A stretch of DNA of 38,889 bases from Myxococcales bacterium (GTDB lineage Bacteria > Myxococcota_A > UBA9042 > JABWCM01 > BTVJ01): contig BTVJ01000068.1 in NCBI GenBank assembly GCA_045863395.1, positions 1 to 38,889 on the forward strand. The letters run 5' to 3'. A model generated the notes under the pieces. The model saw nothing but the letters and a program-made list of their open reading frames with translations. It made no database searches and was not told where the DNA came from. The translations under genes and the position numbers were made by a program. Shown here one piece after another: positions 1 to 7,049 of the stretch. Each line of letters starts with the position of its first letter. Position 1 is the first letter of the stretch.

Positions 1-3
1 GTC

Positions 4-107
4 CGCCGCGCGCCCCCCGTCCGACGGGGGAGGCGCGCGGCGAAGACGGCGCGGCGCGGTGAGCTGGCGCGGGCCCGCTGCGCGGCGCTTCGAGTCGCCG
101 CGATGCC
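4..107 (+). other. Structured GC-rich spacer upstream of the DGR-type RT (stem-loops)
   Basis: 4-14 (CGCCGCGCGCC) is the reverse complement of 32-42; 15-20 pairs with 24-29 around a CCG loop; 48-56 can pair with about 96-107. The position directly before a DGR RT matches the TR-RT spacer (inference). Confidence 0.5.
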
Positions 108-152
108 AGATCGGAGCACCCCCGGGCAGGGCCCACGGGAGGCCACCACACC

Positions 153-938
153 GTGAGCCGAGACGACCTCACAACGGAGGGATCGCGCGATTTTTTGGAT
201 CCCCCCCTCCCGGAGCCGACGCACCTCTTCGAAGCGCTGACGAGCTACCGCGCGCTGGACGCAGCGTTCCGCCGTGCGCGCAAGAGACACAGTGGCAAGC
301 GGGAGGAGGCCGCCTTCTTCTGCGACCAGGAGACCGAGATCCTCCGCCTCTCCGACGAGCTCCGCAACCTGGAGTACCGGCCGCGCCCGTACAAGTACTT
401 CCGCATCCGCGACCCGAAGCCGCGCACCATCAGCGTGGCGGCCTTCCGCGACCGGGTGGTCCACCACGCGCTGGGCGGCGCCATGGAGCCCCGCTTCGAG
501 GCGGCCTTCTACCGGCACTCCTACGCCTCCCGCAAGAACGAGGGCACCCACCGGGCCATCGCCCGGGGGCGCCACTGCTCGTGGAAGTTCCCGTATTTCC
601 TGAAGATGGACGTCCGAAAGTTCTTCGACAACGTGCGCCACGACGTCCTCCCCGGCCTGACCCGGCGCCTCGTGCCCGAGGGGGCCGTGCTCTGGCTCTG
701 CCGCACCATCCTGGCGCACGCGCGGATCCCATCCGGCGAGGGCGCCCCTCGCGGAGTCCCGATCAGGAACCTGACCAGCCAGTTCTGGGGCAACGTGGTC
801 CTCGAGCTGCGGCTGGCGCGGGACCTGGGGTTTCTCCCGATGGAGCGCCACGAGCGGGCCGCCCGCGGCATGGATGACGTCGGGCGCATGCTCGGGGGGT
901 GGATCAAGAGCGTTCGGGGCGATGCCGGCGCAAGCTGA
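153..938 (+). pseudogene. Truncated DGR-type reverse transcriptase fused in frame to an Avd-like (four-helix bundle) C-terminus
   Basis: RT motifs YRPRPYKYFRIRDPKPRTISVAAFRDRVVHHAL, SYASRKNEGTHRA, YFLKMDVRKFFDNV and GVPIRNLTSQFWGNVVL are present. No YxDD follows; instead LRLARDLGFL...DDVGRMLGGWIKS matches the Avd/bAvd C-terminal pattern (LRLAxDLgyl...EIGRMLGGWIK). Confidence 0.8.
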
Positions 939-1016
939 CTGGTGGCCGGATCCTCCGCCGCGTGCCGTTCACTTCGTGGTTGCCAAGTCCACCGCCCCGT
1001 GCGATGAACGCCGGAG

Positions 1017-2045
1017 ATGACCTCGACCCCCCACGACGCCTTCATCAAGGCGGTGTACGGCGAGAAGGAGCACGCGCGCGCCCACCTGGAGGCGTACCTG
1101 CCGCCCGCGATCACCGCGCTGGTCGACCTCGACTCCCTCTCGTCGCCCAAGGGGAGCTTCGTGGACCCGGAGCTGCGCCAGTGCCACACGGACCTGCTCT
1201 TCCAGCTCACCGTGGCGGGGCGGCCGGCGCTGGCCTGCGTGCTGTTCGACCACCGGCGCGCCGCGAGCAAGTGGGTACCGCTCGAGCTCCTGCGGTACAT
1301 GGAGAGGATCTGGGCGCAGTGGGTGGCCGACGCGACGCCGGAGCAGCGGGAGCGAGGGCTGCCGCCCAACATCCCGTTGGTGCTCTTCCACGGGCAGCAG
1401 CGCTGGCGCGCGCCCACGCGCTTCGAGGGCCTGCTCGACGTCGATGAGGGGACGCGGGGCGCCTTGCTGCCGTATTCTCCGGACTTCGGGATCGCGCTGC
1501 TGGACCTCTCGGAGCACGACGACCGCTCTCTCCGCGGGACGGCGCTCGGGAGGCTGGCGCTGTTCCACTTCAAGCACATCGACGACCCGGACCTCCTCGA
1601 CCGCCTGGAGGACTGGGCGGCCGTGGTCGTGCAGGTCCTTCAGGAGAGCGGGTTGAAGGCTCTGGAGCTATCCATAAGATACATCCTCGAAGCGAGCGAG
1701 GTGGCCCGCCCCGACGAGCTGGGGCGGCGCATGGCCGCCATCGCCGGACCCCTGGGCAGGGAGGCAGTCATGAGCACCGCCGAGAAGCTGCGAGAGGAGG
1801 GACGAGAGCAGGGCCGCAAGGAGGGCCGCAAGGAGGGCAGGAAGGAGGGCAAGAAGGAGGGCAAGAGGGAGGGCAAGAGGGAGGGTCGCATGGACATGCT
1901 CGTCGGGCTGCTCACCCTCCGCTTCGGGCCGCTGACGGACGCGGCGGCCGCCCGCGTGCGTGCCGCGTCGCCCGACACCTTGATGGTCTGGTCCGGCAGG
2001 GTGCTGGACGCCCGGACCGTGGACGAGGTCTTCGAGGGCGACTGA
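1017..2045 (+). CDS. Rpn family recombination-promoting nuclease / YhgA-like putative transposase (PD-(D/E)XK) with DUF4351-like C-terminus
   Basis: N-terminal PHDAFIK, GSFVDPELRQCHTDLLF, LLRYMERIW, LPPNIPLVLFHG; EGRKEG repeats; terminal LLTLRFGPL...LDARTVDEVF. Confidence 0.88.
   Translation: MTSTPHDAFIKAVYGEKEHARAHLEAYLPPAITALVDLDSLSSPKGSFVDPELRQCHTDLLFQLTVAGRPALACVLFDHRRAASKWVPLELLRYMERIWAQWVADATPEQRERGLPPNIPLVLFHGQQRWRAPTRFEGLLDVDEGTRGALLPYSPDFGIALLDLSEHDDRSLRGTALGRLALFHFKHIDDPDLLDRLEDWAAVVVQVLQESGLKALELSIRYILEASEVARPDELGRRMAAIAGPLGREAVMSTAEKLREEGREQGRKEGRKEGRKEGKKEGKREGKREGRMDMLVGLLTLRFGPLTDAAAARVRAASPDTLMVWSGRVLDARTVDEVFEGD
1770..2045 (+). CDS. Putative nested small Rpn-S-type protein (91 aa, in-frame internal start)
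   Basis: GGGAGG at 1759-1764, 5 nt before an in-frame ATG (MSTAEKLREEG...). This is where Rpn-S antitoxins start in characterised Rpn genes. Confidence 0.55.
   Translation: MSTAEKLREEGREQGRKEGRKEGRKEGKKEGKREGKREGRMDMLVGLLTLRFGPLTDAAAARVRAASPDTLMVWSGRVLDARTVDEVFEGD
1800..1889 (+). repeat. 12-bp tandem repeat, about 7 units encoding G(R/K)(K/R)E
   Basis: ggccgcaaggag / ggcaggaaggag / ggcaagaaggag / ggcaagagggag units read directly from the sequence. Confidence 0.9.
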
Positions 2046-2077
2046 CGCCCTTCGTCGTGGCCGCCTCCCCTGGCCGC

Positions 2078-2118
2078 GGCCGGAGCGCCCCGCGAACGCC
2101 GGGCGAGGCGCTCTGGCC
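2078..2118 (+). terminator. GC-rich stem-loop after the Rpn gene (possible terminator, no U-tract)
   Basis: GGCCGGAGCGCC (2078-2089) pairs with GGCGCTCTGGCC (2107-2118) with one G-U pair. Confidence 0.3.
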
Positions 2119-2191
2119 CCATCGCCAAAGCACCGGGGGCCTGTGAACCGCAGACGCCACCACGGCTGGCGTCCCCCCACCGAGAGGGAAC

Positions 2192-3343
2192 ATGACCGCC
2201 ACCATCCAGGCACTGCGGGGGGCGCTGCTCCTGGCCCTCGCCCTCGCCCCCGCCTGCGCGAAGTCCATCCAGAGCGGCGCGGGCCCAGGCGTCGGGGGCG
2301 CCCCCGACAGCGTGGTCAAGCTGCCGAGCCCCAAGCGGGGCTTCCATCTGCGGGTGTCCTTCGACGACGATGCGTCTCCCTACGTGGGGCGCTTCGTGCC
2401 CGACGGGCTGCCCGACGACGAGCTGGACGAGACCCGGGCGCGGCGGACGCGGTGCAGCCAGTACATCTCCGTCCGCGAGGTGGGCGCCTCGGGGAGCTTC
2501 GACGAGGTGTTCCGCGCCTCGACGGGGGTCAGCGGCTCGCTTGGCTACGCGGCGGTGGCGGGGGTCTCGGCGGGCATGAGCGACGAGGCGGGTTACCGCA
2601 TTCGGTACACCCTGGCGCGCAAGCTCGTCGCGGACGTCGCCGACCCGGACGGCCTCGACCGCTGCTGCCAGGCCGCGCCGCGGGAGTGCGAGCAGCGCAT
2701 CGTGGGCGAGCTCTACCGGGGCACGGGCGTGGTCTACCAGATGGCGGGCTCCGAGGTGGGCGTCAAGGCCCAGGGCGGCTACCAGGGCGTGAGCGCCGGC
2801 ATCGAGTACACCGACGGCGTGGCCTGGCGGCGCGGCACCGAGTTCCAGGACGCGTACTTCGCCTTCCGCACGGTCGACGTGCGGACCGCCGCCGGCCCGA
2901 GCGTGTGCGACGGAGACTGGGACACGGTGGTCCCTGACAGCCTGGACGGCGTCTACTTCGTCGGCATGTCGCTCCGCGCCGGCAGCGAGGCCCAGGCGCG
3001 GAGCCTCGCCCAGCGGGACGCGGCGACCTACGCGCTCCGCTACCTGGGCGAGACGCTGCGCGCGAGCTCCGGGTCCCGCACGTCGGCGCTCTCCGGCTTC
3101 CTGGAAGACGAGGCGGTCGTCGAGGCCGCGGCGGGCGGCCTCGTCGAGCACCTCCAGGTGCGCTGCTGGCGAGCGGGCCCGCCGACCCCGACCCCCCACG
3201 GCCCCATGGTGGAGGTGAAGGCCCTCGCGTTCCTGCCCAACCAGGCTCGCAAGGTGGCAGAGGACGCCGCGGTGGAGGGCACCGCCCGCGCGCTGGAGGG
3301 CCAGGGCCGCCTCCGGGACGCCGCCGCGGTGCGCGGGCGATGA
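2192..3343 (+). CDS. Predicted lipoprotein; beta-rich N-terminal domain and LPP20-like C-terminal region
   Basis: RBS GAGGGA; signal peptide ending LALAPAC; C-terminal VYFVGMS...SEAQARSLAQRDA resembles LPP20-type domains; strong GC3 codon bias. Confidence 0.75.
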   Translation: MTATIQALRGALLLALALAPACAKSIQSGAGPGVGGAPDSVVKLPSPKRGFHLRVSFDDDASPYVGRFVPDGLPDDELDETRARRTRCSQYISVREVGASGSFDEVFRASTGVSGSLGYAAVAGVSAGMSDEAGYRIRYTLARKLVADVADPDGLDRCCQAAPRECEQRIVGELYRGTGVVYQMAGSEVGVKAQGGYQGVSAGIEYTDGVAWRRGTEFQDAYFAFRTVDVRTAAGPSVCDGDWDTVVPDSLDGVYFVGMSLRAGSEAQARSLAQRDAATYALRYLGETLRASSGSRTSALSGFLEDEAVVEAAAGGLVEHLQVRCWRAGPPTPTPHGPMVEVKALAFLPNQARKVAEDAAVEGTARALEGQGRLRDAAAVRGR

Positions 3344-4602
3344 CGGCCCGCGCGGGCGTCGCGGCCGGTCCCGCCTGGGTCCTCTGGCTTGCCCTCTGCA
3401 CGACCCTGGTGCTCGCCCGTCCCGGCGCCGCCCAGACCGACGCCTGGGACTGCCAGGGCACGACCATGCCCCCGACCGCCGACTACGACTACGAGGTGGC
3501 CCACGCGCCGGCCGGGCCCGGCCAGGAGCAGGTCGCACAGGACGCGGCGACCGCGAGCCTGGTGCGCCGCCACTGCGCCCAGGGTCGCGACTGCGAGGGC
3601 CTGCGGGAGCTGATCCGCCCGTGGCGGGTGGGCCGCGGCCCCGCCACCGTCTGCGCCATGGTGGCGGCGCGCACGGCGGACCTCGAACGCTGGCGGAGCC
3701 GCTTCGACGCGGACGCCCTGACCCGGGAGCTGGCGAGGTCCCTCGCCGCGCTGGTCCAGCGGGAGGGCGGGACGCTGGATGCCGCCCGCGTCGCCATCGA
3801 CAAAGTCAAGGTGGGCGCGGTGGCCGGCGGTGAGCTGGCGAGCTTCTTCCAGCGCATGATGAGCGACGCGGTCACCCGGGCCGGCGGGCGCGTGGTCGTC
3901 GTGGCGCGCGGGTGGAATGGTCGCTCCCTCCCGAAGGACACCGACGTCGTCGCCCGCGGCCTCACCCAGGCGCGGCGCCACGAGGGGGTCGCGGGCTTCG
4001 ACCTGGCCTGGGAGATCCGATCACGCACGGACGGCGCGTGGGTGGTGTCCCCCCCGGTGTTCATCCCCGGGTCCATCGCGCCTGGCGCCCCGCCCGACGA
4101 GGCATCGCCCCCGCCCGTGGCCGCCGCGCTCACGCTCCGCATCGGCGCTCGCTCCGGCGGCGGCCTCTGCGACGGCGAGCGCACGGACGCCTGGCTGACG
4201 GCGGACCAGGACCTCCACGTGCGGGTCTTCGACCTCTACGGCCCGGGCGGCCTGCTGGTCTTCCCGGCGGGCTCGGGCCAGGGCCCTGTCCGCGCCGCCC
4301 AGACGCTCGCCCTCGGCCCCTTGGACGCGGTGCAGCTCCCGGGGAGCCCCGAGGAGCTCTTCCTGGTCGTCGCCGCGCCGACCCGCGCGGCGCTCGGTTG
4401 GATGGCTCCGCTTGACCAGCCCTGCCGCCTCCGGCCCGCCGACGTCGCAGCCCTGCGGAGTGGCGCGGCGATCCCCAAGGGGGCGCTCGTCGCTCACGAC
4501 GGCTACCGCATCGTCGCCGACCCCACCTGCCCGCCTCCCCTCGACGCTGCCACCCGCGCCGCGGCCATGGCCGCTGTCGAGGGCCTCCCGCTCTGCCGCT
4601 GA
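3340..4602 (+). CDS. Secreted protein with DUF4384-like C-terminal domain
   Basis: ATGA overlap with the upstream stop; signal peptide (PGAAQ); LCDGERTDAWLTADQDLHVRVFDLYGPGGLLVFP resembles DUF4384. Confidence 0.65.
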   Translation: MTARAGVAAGPAWVLWLALCTTLVLARPGAAQTDAWDCQGTTMPPTADYDYEVAHAPAGPGQEQVAQDAATASLVRRHCAQGRDCEGLRELIRPWRVGRGPATVCAMVAARTADLERWRSRFDADALTRELARSLAALVQREGGTLDAARVAIDKVKVGAVAGGELASFFQRMMSDAVTRAGGRVVVVARGWNGRSLPKDTDVVARGLTQARRHEGVAGFDLAWEIRSRTDGAWVVSPPVFIPGSIAPGAPPDEASPPPVAAALTLRIGARSGGGLCDGERTDAWLTADQDLHVRVFDLYGPGGLLVFPAGSGQGPVRAAQTLALGPLDAVQLPGSPEELFLVVAAPTRAALGWMAPLDQPCRLRPADVAALRSGAAIPKGALVAHDGYRIVADPTCPPPLDAATRAAAMAAVEGLPLCR

Positions 4603-4768
4603 GAGGGGCCCTGTTGGCGGCCCACAGCTCTGCCCAGGCGTGCTCCACAGGTTTGCCGTCCCCCGCCGCCCAGCCAGCCTCCGCCATGGCGCCCACTCCG
4701 GTGCCCCCAGACCAACGGCGCAACGAGCGCCGCCCCGGTCCGAAGCGCCCCGCCGGCAGGAGGCAGCC

Positions 4769-5665
4769 ATGCGGGAGCTTCGGGACAGGCTGGCAAAGAC
4801 GGTGGCGGCGGCGATGCTCGACGCCTTCGGAGAGGTGGAGCTGGAGCGGGAGGTGCCCCCCAGGGGGCAGACGGGCGACCTGTGGTTCGTGCCGCGTGTG
4901 GGCGCTCCCTCCCCGGTGGAGCTGCTCGGGAGCCTGGCCCGTGGACCGACGCTGGTGGAGCTGTTCAGCGGCCCCCTCAAGCGCCGGGCGGTCACGGGCT
5001 GCCTGTCCAAGCTGTTCGCCATCCAAGGAGAGCTCAACCGCGCCGTCCGCCGCGCGACTGGCGCCCGCCGCGGGGCGGAGGCGTCGCTGGTGATCATAGC
5101 GACGACGGCCTCCCAGGCGGTCCTGCGAGGCTTCGGCGCGGCGCCTCACAGCGCCGGCGTCTACCGCCTGGCGCCGTCTCTTGCTACCATGGTGGTGGCG
5201 GTCCACTCGCTGCCACGGGAGCCCCGGACGTTGGCCCTGCGGCTCCCGGGCCGAGGCAGGGTGTTCAGAGAGGCCGTGGCAGATCTCGCTGCTCTCCCGG
5301 ACTCTTCCCCACTTGCAGGGCCCCTGCGGGAGGCGCTGGTCCACTGGCGCCTGGAGCTGGTCCGCCGAGGCGCCCTGACACCCGAGGAGGAGGACTTCGT
5401 GATGCAGACCGAGCTGCCCCGACAGTGGTTCAAGCGGGTGATGGCCGAGACGGCCGCCGAGGCCGAGGCGCGCGGAGAGGCGCGGGCCGCCCTCCGCGTG
5501 CTGACACTCCGGTTTCACGAGGTACCGGCCTCCCTCCAGGCGCGCCTCCTCGCCTTCTCGGATGCCGCGACCACCTCCCGGCTCGTGGACCTCGCGGTCC
5601 AAGCGCAGACCCTGGACGATGTGGAGGCGGCCTTGGACGCCGTGGACGCCGAGCGTCCCTCCTGA
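4769..5665 (+). CDS. Rpn-like PD-(D/E)XK family protein, copy 1 (DUF4351-like tail)
   Basis: RBS GGAGG at 4759-4763; DRLAK...GEVELEREV...GDLWFVP...LVELFS...CLSKLF pattern of Rpn-related proteins; tail LTLRFHEVP...AQTLDDV. Confidence 0.72.
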   Translation: MRELRDRLAKTVAAAMLDAFGEVELEREVPPRGQTGDLWFVPRVGAPSPVELLGSLARGPTLVELFSGPLKRRAVTGCLSKLFAIQGELNRAVRRATGARRGAEASLVIIATTASQAVLRGFGAAPHSAGVYRLAPSLATMVVAVHSLPREPRTLALRLPGRGRVFREAVADLAALPDSSPLAGPLREALVHWRLELVRRGALTPEEEDFVMQTELPRQWFKRVMAETAAEAEARGEARAALRVLTLRFHEVPASLQARLLAFSDAATTSRLVDLAVQAQTLDDVEAALDAVDAERPS

Positions 5666-5944
5666 GCCTTCTGCACCGGGGCCTTCCGTCGTCCGCCACC
5701 CGGGCCTCCCCGCGTCCCTGGGACCGTCGAGTCCGCGCCCTCACGATGGCTGCCCCAGGGCTCGCGCTCCGCCGCTGGGAGGCGCCCTGTTGCCGGCCCA
5801 CAGCTCTGCCCACGTGTGCTCCACAGGTCTGCGGCCCTCCGCGGCCGAGCCAGCCTCCGCGGTAGCGCCCGCCCAGGCGCCCCCAGACCAACGGCGCAAC
5901 GAGCGCCGCCCCGGTCCGAAGCGCCCCGCCGGCAGGAGGCAGCC

Positions 5945-6865
5945 ATGCGGGAGCTTCGGGACAGGCTGGCAAAGACGGTGGCGGCGGCGATGCTCGACGC
6001 CTTCGGAGAGGTGGAGCTGGAGCGGGAGGTGCCCCCCAGGGGGCAGACGGGCGACCTGTGGTTCGTGCCGCGTGTGGGCGCTCCCTCCCCGGTGGAGCTG
6101 CTCGGGAGCCTGGCCCGTGGACCGACGCTGGTGGAGCTGTTCAGCGGCCCCCTCAAGCGCCGGGCGGTCACGGGCTGCCTGTCCAAGCTGTTCGCCATCC
6201 AAGGAGAGCTCAACCGCGCCGTCCGCCGCGCGACTGGCGCCCGCCGCGGGGCGGAGGCGTCGCTGGTGATCATAGCGACGACGGCCTCCCAGGCGGTCCT
6301 GCGAGGCTTCGGCGCGGCGCCTCACAGCGCCGGCGTCTACCGCCTGGCGCCGTCTCTTGCTACCATGGTGGTGGCGGTCCACTCGCTGCCACGGGAGCCC
6401 CGGACGTTGGCCCTGCGGCTCCTGGGCCGAGGGCGGGTCTTCCGGGAGGCCGTGTCAGACCTCGACGCACTCCCGGACTCGTCCCCATTGGCGGCGCCCC
6501 TGCGGGAGACGCTGGTCCACTGGCGCCTGGAGTTGATTCGTAGAGGCGCCCTGACACCCGAGGAGGAGGACATGGCGATTCAGACCGAGATGCCCCGACA
6601 GTGGTTCAAGCGGGTCATGGCCGAGACGGCGGCGGAGGCCGAGGCGCGCGGAGAGGCGCGCGGAGAGGCGCGCGGAGAGGCGCGCGCCGCTCTGCGCATG
6701 CTGGTGCGCCGCTTCCACGAGGTGCCGGCCCCCCTCGAGGCGCGCCTCCTCGCGATCTCGGACGTTGCCACCGCCTCCCGGGTTGTGGACGCCGCGGTCC
6801 AGGCGGAGACCCTGGCTGACGTGGAGGCGGCGCTGGACGCCGCAAAGGCCGACCGTTCCTCCTGA
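5945..6865 (+). CDS. Rpn-like PD-(D/E)XK family protein, copy 2
   Basis: Same RBS and first 159 codons as copy 1; diverged C-terminal half; three GAGGCGCGCGGA units (6641-6676) versus one in copy 1. Confidence 0.72.
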   Translation: MRELRDRLAKTVAAAMLDAFGEVELEREVPPRGQTGDLWFVPRVGAPSPVELLGSLARGPTLVELFSGPLKRRAVTGCLSKLFAIQGELNRAVRRATGARRGAEASLVIIATTASQAVLRGFGAAPHSAGVYRLAPSLATMVVAVHSLPREPRTLALRLLGRGRVFREAVSDLDALPDSSPLAAPLRETLVHWRLELIRRGALTPEEEDMAIQTEMPRQWFKRVMAETAAEAEARGEARGEARGEARAALRMLVRRFHEVPAPLEARLLAISDVATASRVVDAAVQAETLADVEAALDAAKADRSS

Positions 6866-7049
6866 GGCCATCTCACCGGGGTCTTACGCTGTCCGACGCC
6901 TGGAGGTTCCTCGTCCCTCTGGGATCTCAGGCGCCTCCCCCTGGTCTCGCGGTTCCCTCTGCTTTCGCCATCCCGGCCCCCCCTTTCCCCTCGACGCTTC
7001 GGATGCTACCGTGTGCGCCGCTTCTCCCACAGCCCATCGAGGAGGGACC

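Larger units (their letters stand above)
4589..6925 (+). repeat. Tandem duplication (offset 1176 bp) containing the Rpn-like gene
   Basis: 4703-5246 and 5879-6422 appear identical by eye (544 bp). Homologous but diverged flanks extend from about 4589/5765 to about 5725/6925. Confidence 0.9.

Noticed and set aside
865..880. GMDD in the RT ORF as the catalytic YxDD
   Set aside because: It lacks the Tyr and the flanking beta-strands, lies within the Avd-like helix (xxDEIGRMLGGW), and no RT thumb domain follows.
153..938. Group II intron or retron RT
   Set aside because: Motifs are DGR-like (DPKPR.I, FRDRVVHHA, PIxNLTSQ). No maturase domain, intron domain V or retron VTG motif was seen.
1017..2045. 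Rpn gene as an IS element
   Set aside because: No terminal inverted repeats or target duplication seen; the family's 'transposase' label is historical.
4620..4655. Paired CCACAG motifs upstream of both duplicated genes as DnaA boxes
   Set aside because: Poor match to TTATCCACA and no other origin features. They may be regulatory but cannot be supported.
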